Source: an uncultured Acidobacteriota bacterium
GTDB lineage: Bacteria; Acidobacteriota; Polarisedimenticolia; J045
DNA length: 64,000 nt
Assembly (NCBI GenBank): GCA_963702425.1
Contig: CAVPCQ010000019.1
Coordinates: 1-64,000 of the forward strand
Direction of reading: 5' to 3'
In this document: in pieces, positions 18,661-29,516 of the stretch
How positions within the stretch are numbered: position 1 is the first letter of the stretch
How the letters are laid out: each line of letters begins with the position of its first letter
Translations under genes and position numbers: made by a program
The notes under the pieces: model-generated
Databases searched by the model: none
Told to the model about the DNA's origin: nothing
The model's input: only the letters and a program-made list of their open reading frames with translations

Positions 18661-21549
18661 TCAACTCTGGCGCGTGCCGCCTGGGTCGAAGTTGACAACG
18701 ATGCGTGTTCCGCTCCCGCCGGTTCCAGGCGCACATTCGAATCGCGCGCCGATCTCCGCGCAGCGCCGCCGCATGTTGTCGAGACCCAGCCCGGTCCCCG
18801 GATTGATGCCGGCATCGAGTCCCCTTCCGTCGTCCTCGATCCACATCGACCACGACCGCCGGCCGCGCTCCGCGAAGCCTAGCTCCACCCGGCTCGCGTC
18901 GGCGTGGCACGCCGCGTTTCCCATCGCCTCGAGCGCGATCGCGAGCAGGTTGCGCTGCACCCGCAGCGGCAGGGCGAGCCGCGGGAACTCTCCGGGGAAC
19001 GCCGTCTCGAACCGCGTGCGCGCGGGATCGAAGACCAGGTGGCCGCGGTCGCTGAGGTACCCCGCGACCGCCGCAAGTTGCTCCGAACCCGGGCGAAGCG
19101 ACCAGACGATCTCGGAGAGCGAGACGCCGAGATCGCTCGCCATACGGGCGACCTGGCTCGCGAGCGCGCGTCGCTGCCCCGGGAAACCCGCCTCGCGCGC
19201 CGCGATGCCGGACAGGAGGCCGATCGACCCGAGCCCCGACCCGATCGCGTCGTGCAGGTCCATCGCGATCCGCGTGCGCTGCTGCTCCAGCGCGAGCAGC
19301 CGCAGCACACGAATGCGGTGGAAGGCGTAGCCGATCCCAATCGCCGCCGCGAGGCACGCCAGCACGAACCAGCTCTGCGTGTACCACGGGCCCAGGATCT
19401 CGAAGGGGATCGGGGTGCCGGTCTCGGTCCAGTTGGCGTCGTCGAGGCTCGCCGCCACGGTCAGCGAGTAGGTCCCGGGCGCCAGGTTGTAAAAGCTGAA
19501 GACGGGGTCGCGGACGGACCGCGACCAGGGATCGCCCTCCCGCAGGCGGTAGCGGTAGCGCACGCGACCCGGTTCACGAAAGGAGAACGCAGACGCGCGG
19601 GCCACCAGGCGGTTGCTCTCGTGGGGCAGTTCGAACGGCGGGCCGATCTCTAGCTCGCGCGCGTCGGCCCGGAGCGAGGTGATCGCCACGCGACGCGGGC
19701 TCAGCGGTGACACGCGGGCGGTGGAGGGGATGCGCAGCGGCCGCCCGGAACCCATGAGCCAGATGGTGCCATCCGGCTCCTCGAGCAGATCGACGGCCGA
19801 CGGCCGGAGGAGCCCCTGCCACGCTCCCAGCGTTTCGAGCACGTCGGCGGTCGCACGCTCGCCGCGGTCGGAGATCCGGGTGACCCCGCCCGCGCCCACG
19901 ACCCAGATCCCCCCGCGCGGCGACTCCGCGAGCGACATCACGCCGCTGAGCCGGGTCGAATCCTGATCGTCCCGAATCGTGTCCCACGCGCCGCCGGCCG
20001 CGCGACGGTAGATGCCGAGCGCCGCGGCCCAGATCCTGCCATCCTTGGCTTCGACCAGATCCCGCACCGCCCACGCCTGCGGCAGCGGCTCGCATTGCCA
20101 GCGGTCGGGCGGATCCGAGCCGGGGCGTTGACGGCAGACATCCCCTGCGTATCGGCCGACCCAGAGCGTGCCATCCGACGAGAACAGCGTCGTCGACGTC
20201 CCCTTGCCGAGCGCGTCGACGAGCCGCGGACGGCTCGCACCGCGCGGAAGGCGATAGAGGCCCGCGAGCGTCGGCATCCAGAGCGTTCCGCCTCCGTCGA
20301 GCGCGCAGGGGCCGAGGTCCCCCGGCGCCTCGGGTACCGCGACATCCGACGCGCGCGCACCTTCGAGGCGGACGAAATGATCGAACGTGGCGTTCCACAG
20401 GCGCCCTTCCGCGTCGCGACAGACCGCGCCGATCCCCTCCATCGCCAGTTCGAGCCCGAGATGGTCGGTTGCCGTGGAGAGCCGGAAGGCCCCCGCCCAC
20501 GAGGCGAAGAACAGTTCGTCGCCGCTGCGGGTGATCCAGCGGGGCCCCCCCGACGTGCCCGGGCTCGCCGGCTCCAGTTCGGGCTCGGCGATCTGCGCGA
20601 TCCCGCGGTCGGTGATCGCCCAGAGCATCTGTTCCCGATCGACCAGGAGACGGCTGGCAAGGAGCGCGATCCGCCGAGATCGTCGTTTCGGGGAGGGTTC
20701 GCGCGGCACCCCGACCAGCCCGTCGTCGAAACCGAGCCACACGCGATCGCCTCGGACGGCCAGCGCGATCGGGCGCCCCGCCCCGTGGTAGAGCTCGCCG
20801 ACGACGCCGGCACGTACCAGGTGAAGATGGCCGCCATCCCGCCGCCACGTGAGCGCGAGGTAGTCGTCCCCGTCACGGGTCGCCTCGATCACGCCGCGCA
20901 GCGCCGCGACCTGCCGGCGCGACCCGTCGCGCTCGACTTCGAACAGGCGCTCCGTCGTGGTGACCAGCGCCGTGCCGTGCGATCCGGGCCAACCGGAACG
21001 CGCCGGATCGTCCGAAGACGTGGCCCACAGCGTCTGCCAGCGGCCCTCCTCATCCTGCCGGTAGACGACGCCATCGGCGACGACCCACAAGGCTCCGTCG
21101 TCGGAGCAGAACGTCGCCGCGCGCATCAGCGCATCGCTCCCGACCGGCGCGGCGAGCGGCACCAGCGAGAGCGACCGCACCTCGAGGAGTGACTGCCCAT
21201 CGGGCTGCAGGCGATACGCCACGATGCGGCCGCTCCGTGGGCAGCCGCGGGCGAGGCCGGAGGGCCCCGGCGCGATCATCCGCGTTTCCGTTCCGTCGTA
21301 ACGCCGCAGACCCTGTTGGGTCCCGATCCAGACGAACCCCGCGGGATCCTGTTCGACCGACTCGTCCAGCGAGGCCGCCGGGCCCGCGGTCGCGTCCAAG
21401 AACCGCACCAACACGCCTTCGTCGCCGGCGAGCGCGGGGGAGCTCGCACCGGCGAGCGCGGCGGAGGTTGCGCTGGCGAGCACGATGGAACTCGCGCCGG
21501 ACAGCACGGCGACGATCGCGCCGACGAGCAGGATCGGCAGGCGCCGCAT
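18661..21549 (-). CDS. Sensor histidine kinase with extracytoplasmic beta-propeller and Y_Y_Y domain (HisKA_3 type)
   Basis: N-terminal hydrophobic segment, repeated DxxGxLWV propeller motifs, YRYRL...LAPGTYSLTV, TM, IAMDLHDAIG, EAMGNA, DDGRG...GLGL. Confidence 0.88.
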   Translation of the reverse strand: MRRLPILLVGAIVAVLSGASSIVLASATSAALAGASSPALAGDEGVLVRFLDATAGPAASLDESVEQDPAGFVWIGTQQGLRRYDGTETRMIAPGPSGLARGCPRSGRIVAYRLQPDGQSLLEVRSLSLVPLAAPVGSDALMRAATFCSDDGALWVVADGVVYRQDEEGRWQTLWATSSDDPARSGWPGSHGTALVTTTERLFEVERDGSRRQVAALRGVIEATRDGDDYLALTWRRDGGHLHLVRAGVVGELYHGAGRPIALAVRGDRVWLGFDDGLVGVPREPSPKRRSRRIALLASRLLVDREQMLWAITDRGIAQIAEPELEPASPGTSGGPRWITRSGDELFFASWAGAFRLSTATDHLGLELAMEGIGAVCRDAEGRLWNATFDHFVRLEGARASDVAVPEAPGDLGPCALDGGGTLWMPTLAGLYRLPRGASRPRLVDALGKGTSTTLFSSDGTLWVGRYAGDVCRQRPGSDPPDRWQCEPLPQAWAVRDLVEAKDGRIWAAALGIYRRAAGGAWDTIRDDQDSTRLSGVMSLAESPRGGIWVVGAGGVTRISDRGERATADVLETLGAWQGLLRPSAVDLLEEPDGTIWLMGSGRPLRIPSTARVSPLSPRRVAITSLRADARELEIGPPFELPHESNRLVARASAFSFREPGRVRYRYRLREGDPWSRSVRDPVFSFYNLAPGTYSLTVAASLDDANWTETGTPIPFEILGPWYTQSWFVLACLAAAIGIGYAFHRIRVLRLLALEQQRTRIAMDLHDAIGSGLGSIGLLSGIAAREAGFPGQRRALASQVARMASDLGVSLSEIVWSLRPGSEQLAAVAGYLSDRGHLVFDPARTRFETAFPGEFPRLALPLRVQRNLLAIALEAMGNAACHADASRVELGFAERGRRSWSMWIEDDGRGLDAGINPGTGLGLDNMRRRCAEIGARFECAPGTGGSGTRIVVNFDPGGTRQS

Positions 21550-21552
21550 GGC

Positions 21553-22203
21553 TCAGAGCAGCCCGTTACGCACCGCGCGGCCAACAGCGTGGGCGACGGT
21601 GCGGACCTGCAGCTTCTCGTAGATTCGCCGGACGTATGTCCGCGCCGTGTCGAGTGAGATCCCGAGCTGGTCGGCGGCCTGCTTGACCACCATGCCGTCG
21701 GCGAGCAGCCGCAACATCTCCCGCTCGCGATCGGAGAGCTGGACCCGCGACTGCGAGGGGCCCGCGCCCGCAAGCTCGGTGCGGCGAACGACATCGAGCA
21801 CCGTTCGCGCCACGCCGGGTGTCAGCGGCGAACCGCCGCACAGCACCGCGCGCAGCTGCGCGATCAGCTCCCCGGCCGGTGTGCGCTTCAGCAGGTAGCC
21901 GTCGGCCCCGGCACAGATCGCCTCGAGGATCCTGCCCGGCTCCTCGAAGACCGTGAAGGCCACGATCGGAAGTTCGGGGGCGAGCGCCTTCAGGCGGCGG
22001 ATCGCCTCGACGCCCGGGATCTCCGGAAGCCCGAGGTCCATCACGACGAGGTCCCAACGCACACCGCGCCCGGCCGCCTCGATCGCGGGGCCCGCCTCCG
22101 CGAAGCTCTCGACGGGGCCGAACTCTGGCTCGGCCCCCAGCAGCGCCTCGAGGCCGGTGCGGTACTGAGGACTGTCCTCGATGATCGCGACTCTTGTCGG
22201 CAT
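21553..22203 (-). CDS. NarL/LuxR-family response regulator
   Basis: IIEDS...VVMDLGLP...GYLLK receiver; LSDREREMLRLLADG...IYEKLQV HTH. Alternative start at 22212. Confidence 0.92.
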   Translation of the reverse strand: MPTRVAIIEDSPQYRTGLEALLGAEPEFGPVESFAEAGPAIEAAGRGVRWDLVVMDLGLPEIPGVEAIRRLKALAPELPIVAFTVFEEPGRILEAICAGADGYLLKRTPAGELIAQLRAVLCGGSPLTPGVARTVLDVVRRTELAGAGPSQSRVQLSDREREMLRLLADGMVVKQAADQLGISLDTARTYVRRIYEKLQVRTVAHAVGRAVRNGLL

Positions 22204-22456
22204 TTGGTCCATCCGTCGCACCAGACTATCCCAACTGTTCGGAAGCACGGCGCCCGAGCCCCGGCGCAGGTCCGCGGGGGCGTGACCTGCGCCTCGAGGC
22301 GAGCCGGCGCTTCTGGCCACCACCCCCGGCGGCCGGCAGAGCGGCGTCCGTCACGCGCCCGGTCGACGGACCCGACCCGCTGCGCGTGCCCGTTCCGCCG
22401 CCGCTCCACGCACCCGGCTGCGACCTGGACGTTACGGCGGGGGCTCCGTGATGTCG

Positions 22457-22589
22457 TGTCGCCAGAACTGGTGACAGCGGGCCCGCGTCAGGGACAGGCC
22501 CGGTGGACGTGACCGTTCCCACCGGCGTCCGCGTCGGCTGCAGCGACACGCTCTTGCACCGTCGCCCGCCGTCACCAGTTCTGGGGACA
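22457..22589. promoter_or_regulatory. Pair of palindromic boxes, putative response-regulator binding sites
   Basis: TGTCGCCAGAACTGGTGACA (22457-22476) and CGTCACCAGTTCTGGGGACA (22570-22589). With flanks they form a 26-bp inverted repeat with 2 mismatches, between divergent genes. Confidence 0.55.
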
Positions 22590-22965
22590 TGAGCGCATCG
22601 CGGGACACGGCTAGTGTCGTGCAGGGAGGCGCCGCTATGCACCACCGACCAGTTCCGGGCATAGACCTCTGCCCGACCGCCTGCATGCCTGGTTTCGCGC
22701 TGTTGTCGTCGACGCCCAAGGTCGAGGCGGGACCCCGACGCCCGCTGCCGGAGGAGGACGTTGACACCAGCCGGCCGGGGACGCCCGCGGCTCACTCACG
22801 CGCGGTAGCGGTGGCGACCAAGCCGTCTGTCGGCCGTGACGCGTCCGCGAACGTGCTCCCTTTCGGGCGCGGGTCGATCCCGTCCGGCGACCGCGACTTC
22901 GGAAGCACGACGTTTCGCCGGGCCTCCTGGACTTGGAGTCCGGGCGCCCGGAAGGAGGAGTAGCC

Positions 22966-25900
22966 ATGCGCGTCGCCGATAAACTCACCCAGTCCCGTCT
23001 CAACCTGTCGCGGATTCATCGACTCGCCATGCTGATGCTGGTCTCCTTGGCCGGGATCAGCCCCTCGGTTCCCCAAGAGCCGTGGAGTGTGCAGTACGGC
23101 GCCCTGAACTGGCACCCGGTGAGCAACCCGGTTCCCTCAGGCGACGGCGGCGTGTGGATCGCCTTCCGGTCGGGCAACGGCGATTTCACGTTGGAAAGAC
23201 GGGATGCCGCGGGGGTGCTGGTGCATCGCCAGTCTCGTCGCCTCGGCGGAGGTGGCGCTGCGGGTTCGCTGCAGATCGCAAAGGATGGCGGTGGCTTCAT
23301 CTACGTAGCGGCCGACCTCGGCTCTCTGAATTGCCCCTTGATCATGCAGTTCGACTCGCAGGGCAATCTCAACTGGGAGCGCCGCCTCCCCAACCGCTGC
23401 TTCGGCACTACATCCGCCACGATCCTCACCCTGACCGGAACACTGGGCGGCGGAGTGGTCGTCGGGACCGGGGCGCTGGCGGGGTTCCTCCCGCCCAAGC
23501 GACCCTTGTTCTCACGGACCACGAGTTCCATCTCCGTCGCGAAGCTGGACCAACAGGGGAACGCGGTCTGGATCCGAAACGTCGATCCACCGGCCGGGGG
23601 AGATCTGTTCCGGCTTCATCAGCTGATCGAAGACTCCGAGACTGGAGCACTCTACTTTGTCGGCGAAACCACCAGGATCAGCGTGCCCAACCAGAATCTC
23701 GGCCAGGGTGTGGTCGGCTCGCTTACCGCCTCGGGAAACCTGCAGTGGATCCAAACTCTGGGCCCCGAGGTCTTGACGGCGTACGGGCTTTGCGAGTGGG
23801 ATGCGGGTACGTTGGCAGTTGTCGGTGCCACATCGCAGTTCTATGGGAAGTTTCGGGGCTACCTTCTACTCGTTGAGAAGAGCGGAACACCGGGCGCATC
23901 GCTAGCCTATTACAACTACTCGAACTTCTTCTCCAATCTCATTTTTCGTTCCATCTCGACCTTGCCAGGGGGAGCGAAATGGATCGTCGGCTACGAGTAC
24001 TTTGATCCCGACCCCTACAAAGGAGATGCCGTCGTAGGGAACATCGACTCCACGGCGTCCTTCACGACTCTTGTCAAGTTCGGCGGAACGGGTGCCGACA
24101 TTCCGAACGCGCAGATTGCTGCCACGGAAAAGGGCTTCGCGTTGAGCGGCGTCTCAACGAGCTTCGCACCAGGCGGGCGCGGTGCAGGGTTCCTCCAGAC
24201 ACATATCGCCGGGAGAACGAACTGCCTCGGGCCGACGGTCATGGACCCGTCAGCATATGGACTCGCGGTCGCTTCGTTCCCCTACGGCGCGACGTTCACC
24301 CCAACGACCCCCGCCACGGGTCCGTTCACCTCACAGGCCGTCAGCCCCATCGACCCTGGTGAAGAGGTGCTCTGCGGATCTCGCTGCCTCGAGGATGCGT
24401 TCGAAGACGATGACACGTGCACCGTGTCCCAGTGGCCGCTTGCTGGTCAGACCCCTATTCGGCATCAGTTCTGCGATGATGCCGAGGACTGGAAGACTGT
24501 CAACGCGTGCTTCAGTCAGCGGCTCGACTTCGTGACGGCCGACCTACAACCGGCCGCCGACACGAGACTCGAAGTGTACGGGCCAGGGTGCACACCGGCG
24601 CCGCTCGTCTCTAACGACAACGGCGGCGGTGGACTCGCCGCTGCCATCCGCGACTGGCCAGTTCCCGAGACAGGCGTCTACCACGTCCGCTTGCAGAGCA
24701 ACACTGGAACGGGTGCTGGTCACGGCACGAGTCTCGTCGTCAATGGCAACACGACGAGCTGTCAAGCCTACGGGTCGACGTACGGCGGCGCCGCGCTCGA
24801 CACCGCATTCGATGTCGATCTTGATGCTGGCAATGGTGTCATGATTGCCGGGCGATCCGATTCGGCGACGAGCGGAGGCGCCAATCTGGCGATTCTCCGA
24901 GTTTCAGCGGACGGCCCGATCACCGAGACGATGGCGCTGAGCTCAAACTTCGGTGGAGTCGAAGAGGCACGCGGCATTCGCCGATTACCCGATGGTGGGA
25001 TGATCGTTGTCGGTAACGGCCGCGGCAGCAATGGTCGGCAGGATCAGGTGATCTTCAGACGCACTGCGGCCGGTGCGGTTGCCTGGCAGCTGCGAATTCA
25101 CGAGGACTCCTCGATCTACAACACCGAGGCCATCGCCGTGGCAGCCGACGGCACCACCTACGTGATGTATACCGACAGAAATCAAGTCTTAGGTACGCGG
25201 ACCACGCGCGTCGTCGGCCTCAGCAGTGGTGGGATCCTCGTGGCCAGCGTCGGCTTCAGCGGCTCGGGTGACGTCGAGGGGCGCGCGCTTCACGTGCTTG
25301 CGAATCAGGACGTCGCCATTCTGGTGCAGAGCGGCGACAGGCAGCTCGAGCTGTTTCGAATGCCTCCAGGGCTCGCGTTTCCTTTGTGGCAGACGGCCGT
25401 GTCATCGATCAGTGGCGGTATGTTGGCCCACCGCGCCATTCGCGAGGATTCGCGCGAGAACTTGATCGTTGCCGGCACGTTCTCTCGCGGCACGCCCAGA
25501 ACGACCACAGTTGACTTGATTCGCTTCTCCGGCGGGGGGCAATTGATCGACGACTGGGCGTACACCCCTGACTCGACGGTCGAGATCAATGGACTGTCGT
25601 TGCGCGCCGACGATGGAATCTACCTGTCCGGAACGTACGACATCGGAACCGACAAGGACATATTGGCCCTCAGGCTGAATGCGGCAGGAGACGTAACCTG
25701 GGCCCATCGCTACGGGTCGACGTCAGAAGACGTCGGGAACGCCGTGGTGACGACGTTGGACGGGAGCCCCGCGATCGTCGGTTCAGGCGACGTCGATCCT
25801 AGCCCAGCGGTGCAGCGTGACTTCTGGCTTCTCCGCCCCGACAACGATGGAAATCTCGGCAACGCCTGTACCCAGCAGAGCGCGGTGAACGTACAGCGCT

Positions 25901-26376
25901 CCGACACGCTCATCGTACTCACGTCGGCGCAGGTGCTCATCGACTTCCCACCGATCGCCACGATCGACGGTGACTTCGCGACGGTCTCCTTGACGATGTC
26001 GGCATTGACCTCTTGCAGTGGACCCGCACGCACGATGCCGAAGGAGATCTCGGGTTCTGGGTCTGGTGCGTTGGACGCGGCCACGCCACTGCTCATCGCT
26101 GCCGATAACCAAACGCTCACCTGGGAGCCCGGCGAGTCCAACAACTCCGATCGGTTCACGTTGGTGCGCGGCGATGTCGTATGGCTCACAAATGGCAATT
26201 ACGGTGATTGCCTGGCGGACAACATCGTGCCGAGCACATATGTCGACGCAGAATTGCCGGAAGCGGGGCAGGCCTGGTTCTATCTCGTTCGCGGCGAGAA
26301 CACCGCGGGATTCGGCGTGCTGGGGCAGGATTCAGCCGGCCTGACGCGCGTCTACTGGGGCCGGTGCGCTCAGTGA
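22966..26376 (+). CDS. Large secreted protein: two beta-propeller-like regions, central PPC-like domain, Cys-capped C-terminal domain
   Basis: AGGAGGAG RBS; hydrophobic N-terminus; repeated DxxGxxxW and YGxxxxDxG motifs; visibly more A/T-ending codons than neighbouring genes. Confidence 0.8.
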   Translation: MRVADKLTQSRLNLSRIHRLAMLMLVSLAGISPSVPQEPWSVQYGALNWHPVSNPVPSGDGGVWIAFRSGNGDFTLERRDAAGVLVHRQSRRLGGGGAAGSLQIAKDGGGFIYVAADLGSLNCPLIMQFDSQGNLNWERRLPNRCFGTTSATILTLTGTLGGGVVVGTGALAGFLPPKRPLFSRTTSSISVAKLDQQGNAVWIRNVDPPAGGDLFRLHQLIEDSETGALYFVGETTRISVPNQNLGQGVVGSLTASGNLQWIQTLGPEVLTAYGLCEWDAGTLAVVGATSQFYGKFRGYLLLVEKSGTPGASLAYYNYSNFFSNLIFRSISTLPGGAKWIVGYEYFDPDPYKGDAVVGNIDSTASFTTLVKFGGTGADIPNAQIAATEKGFALSGVSTSFAPGGRGAGFLQTHIAGRTNCLGPTVMDPSAYGLAVASFPYGATFTPTTPATGPFTSQAVSPIDPGEEVLCGSRCLEDAFEDDDTCTVSQWPLAGQTPIRHQFCDDAEDWKTVNACFSQRLDFVTADLQPAADTRLEVYGPGCTPAPLVSNDNGGGGLAAAIRDWPVPETGVYHVRLQSNTGTGAGHGTSLVVNGNTTSCQAYGSTYGGAALDTAFDVDLDAGNGVMIAGRSDSATSGGANLAILRVSADGPITETMALSSNFGGVEEARGIRRLPDGGMIVVGNGRGSNGRQDQVIFRRTAAGAVAWQLRIHEDSSIYNTEAIAVAADGTTYVMYTDRNQVLGTRTTRVVGLSSGGILVASVGFSGSGDVEGRALHVLANQDVAILVQSGDRQLELFRMPPGLAFPLWQTAVSSISGGMLAHRAIREDSRENLIVAGTFSRGTPRTTTVDLIRFSGGGQLIDDWAYTPDSTVEINGLSLRADDGIYLSGTYDIGTDKDILALRLNAAGDVTWAHRYGSTSEDVGNAVVTTLDGSPAIVGSGDVDPSPAVQRDFWLLRPDNDGNLGNACTQQSAVNVQRSDTLIVLTSAQVLIDFPPIATIDGDFATVSLTMSALTSCSGPARTMPKEISGSGSGALDAATPLLIAADNQTLTWEPGESNNSDRFTLVRGDVVWLTNGNYGDCLADNIVPSTYVDAELPEAGQAWFYLVRGENTAGFGVLGQDSAGLTRVYWGRCAQ

Positions 26377-26537
26377 TGTACCCACGAACGGAAAGGAAAT
26401 CAGGGCCCGGACGAGATGCGGCGAGTGCAGGCACTCGGAGTTCTCTCTTGGACGCGCCCCGGCGCCGATGTGCATCATCGGCGAGCCTGGCGTCATTGCT
26501 GAGGCTCGGATGGAGCGGCACACGGTCGCAGGGCAGC

Positions 26538-26909
26538 TGTGCCTCGCCAGAACCCCGTCCGCCCTGCCCTTCAACGAGTTGCGCTCCTGTGCAGGATACC
26601 CAAATCGCCGGCGGGCGAGCCTGGTTGCCCTCCGCCCCTACCGCAGTCATCGTCCGCGGATGCTCAACCGCGCTCTTGCCGTCGCCCGGGCTTTCCTCAC
26701 GATCTTCGCCAGTCGGACCGACCTGGTCCTGGAGAACCTCGCGCTCCGACAGCAGCTCGCCGTCCTCCAACGGAAGCACCCTCGACCCTGGTCTCTGCGC
26801 GTCCGATCGACTCTTCTGGCTGGCCCTGCCCGGCGCGTGCTGATGCACTCACGTGTCACCAGCCATCCGACGGCGGCCTGGATCAGGCAGCAACTCCGTG
26901 AGGCGTTCC
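26538..26909 (+). mobile_element. Internally deleted rve IS fragment (left end plus pieces)
   Basis: Starts TGTGCCTCGCCAGAACCCCG; translation jumps from the RKHPRP region to the HPTAAWI region; interrupted by another IS end at 26910. Confidence 0.8.
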
Positions 26910-27790
26910 TGTCCTTCGCCACAATCGAGCCCGCGCTCTGTTGATGGCTCGCGCGGCTCCGAATGGCAGGCGAACACGCCCGCCGAACGCACACCTGCGC
27001 TTGTCTGGCCACGGTCATGCGCAGTGGTTGACAGCGGTGGCGGCGGTGCGCCTTCCTGCAAGGGCAGACGCCCTCCACGACGAGACCGCGTCCATGGACT
27101 TGTCGGGCGGAAGCGTCAGGCCGCGCGGCGCCAAGCGTAGCGATGGTGAAGCCCGCCGAGGCGAGGCAGAGCGATGACCTCGGCGGCTGGATGCGGCTTC
27201 GGCTCCACGACGCGCACCGCGGGCGTGTCCTTCTCCAGGAACAAGTGCGTCCGGTCGTCGAGGGTGTACGAGGCGAAGCCGGCCAGAAGGCGCTGCAGGT
27301 GCTTCTCGTTGAGGACGATGACGTGATCGAGGAGATCGCGGGGTGCGGTGCTGACGAACCTCTCAGCGACTCCGTTCTGCCAGGGACTGCGAGCCGTGAT
27401 CTGCTTTGGTGTGATGTCCAAGTGGTGGATCGCGGCGATGACCTCGCGGTGGTTGGCGAGAAAGGTGCGCCATCGTTGCCGTTCGTCGGGATGGGCCGGG
27501 CGCCGGGGCATGGAGCGCGAGACGGTGCGCTCGGAGGCCTCGAGCCCGAGCTTCAGGATCTCGCCGTGGATGCGCGGCGCACCCCACGTCGGATTCTCGG
27601 CGACCATCCGGCGAACGAGGGCTCGGATCTCGGCCGTTGTGCTCGGTCGTCCAGCGCGGGGCCGCGACTTCCAGCGCCAGTACCGTCTGAACCCCTCGCG
27701 ATGCCAGCGGATGACGGTCTCGGGCTGGACGATGGCCAGCGTCTCTTTCCATCGCGGCCAGTAGCGGCGCAGGGCCAGCCAGAAGACCCG
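26910..27790 (-). mobile_element. Degenerate rve IS copy (right end plus broken transposase)
   Basis: Right end TGTCCTTCGCCACAATC at 26910. ORF 27116..27607 lacks the DFF...LDRD segment, and the left end is missing. Confidence 0.82.
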
Positions 27791-27794
27791 GCTC

Positions 27795-28157
27795 CCTCGC
27801 CATATCCCCGTCCGCCTTGCGCTTCAACGAGTTGCGTTCTCATGCAGGATACCCGACTCGCCCGCGGACGAGCGCGGTAGCCCCTAATTCCTGCCGCGTC
27901 TCCGAGCGCACCGTCTCCCGCTTCATGCCCCGGCGTCCAATCGATCCAGCGGCGCGTCAGCGCTGGCGAACGCTCCTCAGCAACCACCGCGAGGTCATCG
28001 CTCGGCCTCGCCTTGGCGGACTTCATCACCGGTACGGCTGGCGTCCCGCTGCCTGACGACCTCGCTCGAACAATCTGGCGTCGCGAGCGGCTCTTGGCCC
28101 GGCATTCACCGAGACACCGGTCATGCCGACGCGTGGATGCGACTTTGGCGAAGCACA
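27795..28157 (+). mobile_element. Heavily deleted mini-IS with a variant short right end
   Basis: CTCGCCATATCCCCGTCCGCC left-end sequence, fragments SERTVSR..NHREVIA and LGGLHHRY, terminus TTGGCGAAGCACA. Confidence 0.72.
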
Positions 28158-28312
28158 GCGTAGGCGCGGCCGCCATCCCACTCGAGAAACGTCCGCTCCG
28201 GACCAGAAGCGAAACCACGGCGAAAGTAATGAGAGGCGTTCATCAGTATCCCGGCGGGGGCGGCTGGTAGTATGACCGCCGCCGCATCGGCGTTCCCCGG
28301 AGAGAGGTGTCT

Positions 28313-29497
28313 ATGTCGTCCGTTCGTGAAGTGGTCATCGTCGGCGCCGCCAGGACGCCGATCGGCTCGTTCCTCGGTTCCCTCGCCGCCGTCCCCGCCC
28401 CGCGCCTGGGCGCCATCGCGATCAAGGCCGCGCTCGAGCGCGCCGGGGTCCCGGCGAGCGCGGTCGACGAGGTCATCATGGGGAACGTGCTGCAGGCCGG
28501 CGTGGGACAGGCTCCCGCGCGCCAGGCCGCACTGTTCGCGGGGCTGCCCGAGTCGACCCCCTGCTGGACGATGCACAAGGTCTGCGGCTCGGGGCTCAAG
28601 GCGGTCATCAGCGGCGCGCAGGCGATCGCGCTCGGCGACGCCGACGTCGTCGTCGCCGGCGGGATGGAGTCGATGTCGAACGCGCCGCACTACCTGCGCA
28701 CCGGCCGCGGGGGCACGAAGATGGGCCCGATCACGCTGGTCGACGGGATGGTGTTCGACGGCCTGACCGACGCCTACGACGGGCGCCACATGGGCGAATG
28801 GGCCGAGGAGACGGCCGTCTCCCACGCGATCACGCGCGAGATGCAGGACGCTTTCGCGCTGGAGTCGACGCGGCGCGCGGTCGAGGCCCAGAAGAACGGC
28901 CTCTTCGCCGCCGAGATCGTGCCGGTCGAGATCGAGGGGAAGAAGGGCGAGAAGACGATCGTCTCCGAGGACGACGGGCCCAAGGCGGCGCGCCCGGACA
29001 AGGTCCCGACGCTCAAGCCGGTCTTCAAGAAGGACGGCACGATCACGGCCGCCAACGCCTCGAGCATCAACGATGGTGCGGCGGCGCTGGTGCTGATGAG
29101 CGCCGAGCGGGCGAAGGCCGAGGGCCGCACGGTGCTGGCGAAGATCTCCGCCTGGGGCGGCGCCGCCCGCAAGCCGGGCGAGTTCACGATCGCCCCGGCC
29201 GATGCCATCCGCCGGACGCTCGAGCGCGCCGGGCTCGCGATCAAGGACGTCGACCTGTGGGAGATCAACGAGGCCTTCTCGGTCGTTTCGGTCGCCAACA
29301 ACAAGCTGCTCGGCCTCGACGGCAGCAACGTCAACGTCCGCGGCGGCGCCGTGACGCTGGGCCACCCGATCGGTGCGAGCGGCGCACGGATCCTGGTGAC
29401 GCTGCTGCACGCGATGAAGGACCTGGGGAAGAAGCGCGGCGTCGCGTCGCTCTGCATCGGCGGCGGCGAAGCGGTGGCGGTGGTCGTCGAGCGCTGA
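28313..29497 (+). CDS. atoB: Acetyl-CoA C-acetyltransferase (thiolase)
   Basis: [27 protein letters not shown]. Confidence 0.93.
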   Translation: MSSVREVVIVGAARTPIGSFLGSLAAVPAPRLGAIAIKAALERAGVPASAVDEVIMGNVLQAGVGQAPARQAALFAGLPESTPCWTMHKVCGSGLKAVISGAQAIALGDADVVVAGGMESMSNAPHYLRTGRGGTKMGPITLVDGMVFDGLTDAYDGRHMGEWAEETAVSHAITREMQDAFALESTRRAVEAQKNGLFAAEIVPVEIEGKKGEKTIVSEDDGPKAARPDKVPTLKPVFKKDGTITAANASSINDGAAALVLMSAERAKAEGRTVLAKISAWGGAARKPGEFTIAPADAIRRTLERAGLAIKDVDLWEINEAFSVVSVANNKLLGLDGSNVNVRGGAVTLGHPIGASGARILVTLLHAMKDLGKKRGVASLCIGGGEAVAVVVER

Positions 29498-29516
29498 CCC
29501 TCGGCGGGAGGTCGGG

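Noticed and set aside
22457-22589. Invertible promoter switch
   Set aside because: Each repeat is itself palindromic like a TF site, and there is no recombinase in the window. Kept only as a read-level check.
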